From contig JACPAV010000011.1 of NCBI GenBank assembly GCA_016180645.1, forward strand, positions 62,001-126,000: a stretch of 64,000 bases of DNA. Reading direction: 5' to 3'. The stretch is from Nitrospirota bacterium (lineage in GTDB: Bacteria; JACPQY01). This document shows positions 59,494-64,000 of this stretch, one piece after another. Both the position numbers and the translations under genes were made by a program. The number at the start of each line of letters is the position of its first letter. The first letter of the stretch is position 1. The notes under the pieces are model-generated. The model ran no database searches, had not been told where the DNA came from, and saw only the letters and a program-made list of their open reading frames with translations.

Positions 59494-60354
59494 CTATTTC
59501 GCTGCACCTCCTGGAGGGTGGGTTACCGCCGAAGCTTCATTGCTCGGTTCAGATCGCCCTCCACGATTGGCGTAGTAAACGCGATACGTGTAGCGCGTGT
59601 TTGCTCTCAGTCCGGAGTCCTCGTGCTTGTTGGTGCCTGGATCGAGAAGCGCGATCTCCGCAAAATCGGAACCCACTTCCCGCCGCTCCACGCCGGTCTT
59701 GTGGGTCACCCCCTCGCGATTTCGCCATTCAAGAGCAACTGACGTGGCGTTCAAGGGCGATGCGGTCAACATGCCGGGCCAATCCAAGGGCGCGGGTGCA
59801 AAAGTGCATCGTGCGCTCTCACATATCTCTTTCCCGGGGAGCGAGGCACAACTGGCGATTTCGTGGCATTCACAGCCGCTCTCCCTCCATCCCTTTTCCC
59901 ATCCTTCAATTCGGACCAACTCCGAGCGACGTGTTCCATGGGGGCATAAGCAAGGATCGCCCACCGTCACTCAATCGGCATCTTCGGCACAGGACACCTC
60001 CTGGGAAAGGACGATTTCTTTTCGGATCGTTTCCAATCCCTGATCGCAGGCTTCCTGTCGTCGAATCTCCTCCTCGAGCTCCTCCTGTGTCATGCGGTGG
60101 ATCGTGCTCGCACGCGAGAAACCATCCCTGACTCCTCCCCGTTCTCCACCACGCACGCCGGTATCCTCATCTCCCGTGGCAGCCTTGCAAGCGCGTGCTC
60201 CTGAAGTGCTGTCTTCGGCAATGAGATACTACGGCTCCACCTCGGCGATCACGTTTTCGTGTCCTGAGCCACAGCCAAGCAGAAGACACAATCCGACCAA
60301 CCAGTTGAATGGGTTGGCTTTGGGCTGGTGCCTTCGGGGTGCATCAGGTGTCAT
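59494..60354 (-). pseudogene. Lipoprotein with GVRG motif, Cys-rich segment and FN3 domain, interrupted by two in-frame stops
   Basis: ATG 60354, LLLGC lipobox; TAG at 60229-60231; TGA at 59971-59973 in CAEDAD*V (Cys position); same frame throughout; C-terminal FN3 (L.W...GLRANTRYTYRV...SEPSN). Confidence 0.7.
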
Positions 60355-60423
60355 CTGTCTAATTCCCCCGAATCGATCCTCATGGACCGAGGATACGCCT
60401 TTCGGGAAAGCGAATCCAGAAAA

Positions 60424-60443
60424 GGGGACACTCTACTTTTCCG
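60424..60443 (+). repeat. 20-bp repeat GGGGACAyTCTACTTTTCCG, copy 2
   Basis: Direct repeat of 59466-59485. Confidence 0.75.
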
Positions 60444-60464
60444 AGAAGCTCCCCGGACGGCGCT

Positions 60465-60758
60465 TCAGCCCCGGCGCAGGCTTTGCCACAGAATTTCCCG
60501 GGCTAGCGTTTGATACTTGGTTCCCGCCTGCCGGGCGGCCTTCTTGAGATGCCGGATGAGCGTCTTGTCCAGCCGCAACGTCACCGGAAAACGCTCTCCG
60601 GATTTCTCTCTGAAGTCTCTCAGGACCTCGCTGAGGGAAACCCGTCGCCACGTGCCGTAATCAAGGGGATCGTGCTCATCCCAGAAATCGCTCTCTTCTT
60701 CAACGGACCGGAACCGAGGCATCTGCTTCGGGCCCCGAACGATATCTTTTTCCTTCAT
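60465..60758 (-). CDS. BrnA/CopG-like antitoxin
   Basis: PRFRSVEEESDFWDEHD...VTLRLD...YQTL RHH pattern; ATG overlaps the toxin-fragment stop. Confidence 0.8.
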   Translation of the reverse strand: MKEKDIVRGPKQMPRFRSVEEESDFWDEHDPLDYGTWRRVSLSEVLRDFREKSGERFPVTLRLDKTLIRHLKKAARQAGTKYQTLAREILWQSLRRG

Positions 60759-60916
60759 TTCTTCCTCCGGTTTTTGTTGTAGAGCCGCCTTTGCCTCTCA
60801 GACATGTCGCGTGCCGTGATCACCTTGGCCCTGCCCGGCGCTACGTGGATGTAGACAGTCATGAGGAACCGCCCCGACGACGTGCGGCCGAGCCCCTGTA
60901 CCTCTTTTCCCCACAC
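60755..60916 (-). pseudogene. 5'-truncated BrnT-like toxin fragment
   Basis: GLGRTSSGRFLMTVY...AKVITARDMSERQRRLY = C-terminal half of BrnT; N-terminal half absent, flgE ends just upstream. Confidence 0.65.
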
Positions 60917-60931
60917 TGATTGTGCTCTCCG

Positions 60932-62200
60932 CTACCGGCGGAGGTTGATGATTTCCTGGGTGAGGGAGTCGTTGACGGTGAGGAGGCGGAGGTTGGCGCG
61001 GTAGCCGCCCTGAGTGCGAAGCATCTGAACGAGTTCCGTCGAGAGATCGACGTTTGAAGTTTCCAACGCACCGGAATAAATCGAACCGGCGCCTCGCGTA
61101 CCCGGAGTTCCAAGCAGCGCCTGACCGGACTCCGGGGTCGCGGCAAAGAGATTTTCACCGAGCGGGCTGAGTCCCGTCGGACTTGCAAAGGTCGCCACGG
61201 CCACACGCGCAACGGGCGACGACTGGCCGTTGGCGTAAAGCGCAAACACGGTTCCACTCGTATCCACCCTGGTTCCCATCACGGCGCCGTATCCCGATCC
61301 ATCGCCACTGATCCCATTCACCACGCTGTCCGCGGCGTACTGGGTGGCGCCAACCGTTCCTGTTCCTCCACTGGACACGGGGTTTCCAAATGAGAAACTG
61401 ACGTCCTGGCTCTTCGCTCCCGAGAACACAAAGGTCGAATCCGCGGTATTCGAATCGTAGAGGCGTCCGTCGTTCGTAAATCTCAGCGTTCCGTTGGCCT
61501 GCACCGTGGGCGTACCGCTCTCAGAGGTCACGCCATACCATTCCCATCGAGCCACCTGCGAGGATACTCCCGTCGTCGGGTCCGTCACCGTGTCAGTCCC
61601 GGCCTTCCGGAAATGCATTTCCACGGCATGGGGATTCCCCAGCGAATCGACCACCGTGGCCGACGTGGAGAAATTGGCCGTGTTCGGCGCATCGTTCACG
61701 TCGAATGCGGCCTTGATTTCTGAGTTGGAATCGAGATTGGCCGAAAACTCGATTTTGGTGGTCGCTCGAACACTGCCCGCCGCCGATGGCAATTGGATGT
61801 CTCCGGCCGCCCCCTGGAGCGCCCCGCTACCCGAATTAACCTGGAATCCCTGAACACGCCTCCCGCCTGAATCCACAAGGAAGCCATCCCGATTGAAATG
61901 GAACGACCCCGAGCGGGTGTACGAAAGCCCGCTCCCGGATTCGCGGACCGCGAAAAACCCATTGCCGGCCAGCGCCATATGCGTGGGAATCCCCGTCGAC
62001 TCGATCGCGCCTCCACCGATCTCCGCGGCCACGCGCCCCACATCCACCCCAAGGTTGCTCGGCATTTCACGCAGATCCACTCTCGACCGGCTGAACCCGG
62101 AGGTATTCATATTGGCGATATTGTTGGAGGTCACGGACAACTGGCGCATTAGGCTCGACATGGCCGACAGCGCGATGGATGACCCCGGGCCTCCGATCAT
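60932..62200 (-). CDS. flgE: Flagellar hook protein (FlgE-like), orphan copy
   Basis: SNNIANMNTSGF, MALAGNGFF, YTRSGSF, VDSLGNPH, GENLF, GALETSNVDLSTELV. Confidence 0.88.
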   Translation of the reverse strand: MIGGPGSSIALSAMSSLMRQLSVTSNNIANMNTSGFSRSRVDLREMPSNLGVDVGRVAAEIGGGAIESTGIPTHMALAGNGFFAVRESGSGLSYTRSGSFHFNRDGFLVDSGGRRVQGFQVNSGSGALQGAAGDIQLPSAAGSVRATTKIEFSANLDSNSEIKAAFDVNDAPNTANFSTSATVVDSLGNPHAVEMHFRKAGTDTVTDPTTGVSSQVARWEWYGVTSESGTPTVQANGTLRFTNDGRLYDSNTADSTFVFSGAKSQDVSFSFGNPVSSGGTGTVGATQYAADSVVNGISGDGSGYGAVMGTRVDTSGTVFALYANGQSSPVARVAVATFASPTGLSPLGENLFAATPESGQALLGTPGTRGAGSIYSGALETSNVDLSTELVQMLRTQGGYRANLRLLTVNDSLTQEIINLRR

Positions 62201-62261
62201 GGACTCACTTTCCCTTTCACTTCCCCCATAGACATCAGGATACCGTCCCCTTTTGAATTTG

Positions 62262-62288
62262 TCATCGGAATCTTCACGACTAACTTGA
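62262..62288 (-). promoter_or_regulatory. Sigma28 (FliA)-like promoter for flgE
   Basis: Minus strand TCAAG-N14-TCCGATGA resembles the TAAA/TCAAG...GCCGATAA consensus. Confidence 0.55.
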
Positions 62289-62291
62289 GAT

Positions 62292-62307
62292 TGTGACCCG
62301 GATCACC
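62292..62307. promoter_or_regulatory. CRP/FNR-like box
   Basis: TGTGA-CCCGGA-TCACC (9/10 half-site match). Confidence 0.35.
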
Positions 62308-62372
62308 CCCCCCTCGACCCCTGTGCGCGTTGACGCCACGGAGCGAATCGGGCACGATGACCGCCAGTGACA

Positions 62373-62927
62373 ATGAAGACCTTCCCGGTCCACTTCTGGG
62401 CCTTCACCGCTGCTAGCCTCAGCATGGGAACGTGTGGCACCGAATCGACGCCCGCAACCCCCGTCGTGGAGTACATCGCTCAGGATGCAGATTTCGATTG
62501 CATGTTGAATTGGGATAGGGTCGGAAAGTTCCGCATCATCAACCGGCTTGGAATGCAGGCGGAGGCCTTGGCCGTCGCCCGCGGAGACAAGAAAGGGCCC
62601 TTTCCCGTCGGCACGATCATCCAACTCGTACCCGTGGAGGCGATGGTCAAACGCGGCCGCGGCTTCGCCCCCGAGGCAAACGACTGGGAATTCTTCTTCC
62701 TCGATCCCAAGATCGACACCGAAGGCAACCCGGTGGGCAAGACGATCCAGACCCGCGGCGCCCGGGAAACGATCAATCGGTTTGGAGGAAATTGTTTCGA
62801 CTGCCACGTGAAGGCGCAGTCGTTCGATTTCATCTGTGGGACCGATCATGGGTGCGATCCCATTCCGTTGGCCGAGGCGCCGCTCATCGACGGATTCCAG
62901 ACCGCCGACCCCTCCTGCCCCCACTGA
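62373..62927 (+). CDS. Monoheme c-type cytochrome, P460/c'-beta-like
   Basis: FPVGTII, MVKR...DWEF, C-terminal CFDCH heme motif; N-terminal signal. Confidence 0.7.
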   Translation: MKTFPVHFWAFTAASLSMGTCGTESTPATPVVEYIAQDADFDCMLNWDRVGKFRIINRLGMQAEALAVARGDKKGPFPVGTIIQLVPVEAMVKRGRGFAPEANDWEFFFLDPKIDTEGNPVGKTIQTRGARETINRFGGNCFDCHVKAQSFDFICGTDHGCDPIPLAEAPLIDGFQTADPSCPH

Positions 62928-62952
62928 AGAACGGGGCCCGTCGGCCCGTCCA

Positions 62953-63008
62953 CCCTTCGACAGGCTCGGGTGAGCGGCATTTTCCGCTCATGCTGAGCGC
63001 CGTCGAAG
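62953..63008. repeat. Palindromic repeat (CCCTTCGAC family), copy 2
   Basis: CCCTTCGACAGGCTC-GGGTGAGCGG...CCGCTCATGCTGAGC-GCCGTCGAAG between convergent genes. Confidence 0.75.
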
Positions 63009-63022
63009 CAGGAGCGGCCTGC

Positions 63023-63820
63023 CTACTCTCCCGCCGGCAGCCCCTCTTCTTCCGGAGACGGGGGAACAGGCCGGGAGCGCTCGGCGGAAGTATCCCGGTA
63101 GTCCGGTGGCACCTCAAAGATCTCGGTCCCGATTGGGATCTCTTGGATGCTCGTGATCTCGGTCACCGCATTCTCTTCATCCACATAGGACATCAGAAAG
63201 CCCTCCGTACGGAGGTCCACCTGCGTGATCACACTCGGCCCCCGCGCCTTTTCAATTCTCTCGCCCACCGCCCGGTAGAGTTTGAGCAGGGGCTTCGGAA
63301 GATCCTTCGAGTAGCAGACTTTGCCGAATGCCTCACCCGAAACAACCACCTCGTATTCCGAGCACGCATAAGTGGAAACTTTTCGCTTCGTCCCCAGGGG
63401 ACGCAGGCTCAGGCCTTCATTCCGACCGCCGAACTCACCGATAATCTGGTCCCGGTCTTCCGTGAGCGGTGTGAAGTACGCCGTTTTCCGGACGTGGTCG
63501 ACATTCGAGATTCGCCCTTCCCGAAGATTCCAGATCTCGGTTTTGTCCACTCGGAGCGTGCCGTCGGTCGGCGAAGGCTCGCCGGACATGTTCACGCGGA
63601 TCCGGTCGGCTTGCAGATAGAGCTCGATCTTGAACACCTGCTCCTCGAATTGGCTTTTCTGGACGAGGAGCCACGCCTTCTCCTTCGGCCGGACGGAACT
63701 GGGTGCTCCCTGGGCGGCTTTCTCATCCGCGTAGGCCGCCTCCTCGCCCAGGAGGAGGGTGAGGACGATCAGGCAGGTCGCGAACACGGGGGCCGACTCA
63801 AACGGTGCGGATTTCGCCAC
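63023..63820 (-). CDS. Exported DUF4412-like protein
   Basis: Signal AAYA-D; LGTKRKVSTYACSEY and IFEVPPDY motifs; GTG start inferred. Confidence 0.65.
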   Translation of the reverse strand: MAKSAPFESAPVFATCLIVLTLLLGEEAAYADEKAAQGAPSSVRPKEKAWLLVQKSQFEEQVFKIELYLQADRIRVNMSGEPSPTDGTLRVDKTEIWNLREGRISNVDHVRKTAYFTPLTEDRDQIIGEFGGRNEGLSLRPLGTKRKVSTYACSEYEVVVSGEAFGKVCYSKDLPKPLLKLYRAVGERIEKARGPSVITQVDLRTEGFLMSYVDEENAVTEITSIQEIPIGTEIFEVPPDYRDTSAERSRPVPPSPEEEGLPAGE

Positions 63821-64000
63821 GGGCTTCCACCTCGTACGGGTTCTCAAGATATGCCGTGCGGCGATCGCGGAACCGGAGCCAGTTGCGAACGAAAAACCAC
63901 ATGTACTTCGGCCACATCTTGAACCCCTCCCGCTCAAACTGCAATATGTGCACACGTTCGTGTTCAAGCACCTTTTCCGGCAGAGGCAACACGTAGGCGA
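63798..64000 (-). CDS. Partial (5' end outside the window) HExxH protein, DUF4157-like
   Basis: LEHERVHILQF...Y..NPYEVEAR; frame open to the window edge. Confidence 0.65.
   Translation of the reverse strand, partial: AYVLPLPEKVLEHERVHILQFEREGFKMWPKYMWFFVRNWLRFRDRRTAYLENPYEVEARGEIRTV

Noticed and set aside
59971-59973. Selenocysteine codon
   Set aside because: The TGA sits at a Cys position, but the same frame also has a TAG, the motif is structural rather than redox, and no convincing SECIS hairpin follows; a pseudogene is simpler

Overview
About 64 kb of high-GC (roughly 60-65%) bacterial chromosome. The gene content is deltaproteobacteria/Myxococcota/Nitrospirota-like, but taxonomy cannot be proven from this window. 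From left to right: (1) an operon of secreted fibre/adhesin-like proteins; (2) a MerR-headed, 10-gene minus-strand lipid/hydrocarbon-type catabolic run (Cys-less thiolase + DUF35, acyl-CoA ligase, luciferase-like monooxygenase, paired acyl-CoA dehydrogenases, hydrolase, ADH, ALDH, flavin reductase); (3) a giant lipoprotein of about 2,290 aa with Ig-like/FN3 domains and a double RCC1 propeller; (4) beta-oxidation auxiliary genes coupled to a GH5 endoglycoceramidase-like enzyme; (5) GH94-like and CTERM-anchored enzymes; (6) a trmI - (TtuB/ThiS-like::RadC fusion) - ttuA - trpE - trpG run; (7) phaR and dctP; (8) TPP riboswitch-thiC and thiO-thiS-thiG; (9) a plastic right end with a pseudogene, truncated brnT + brnA, an orphan flgE and a cytochrome c. 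Several REP/MITE-like palindromic repeat families are dispersed through the window. No CRISPR, rRNA, tRNA or transposase was seen. The best candidate for an undescribed system is a ubiquitin-like sulfur carrier whose C-terminal GG is fused in frame to a RadC JAB/MPN+ domain inside a tRNA-thiolation operon, which suggests RadC acts as the maturation/deconjugation protease. All family assignments come from motif recognition by eye, not database searches.
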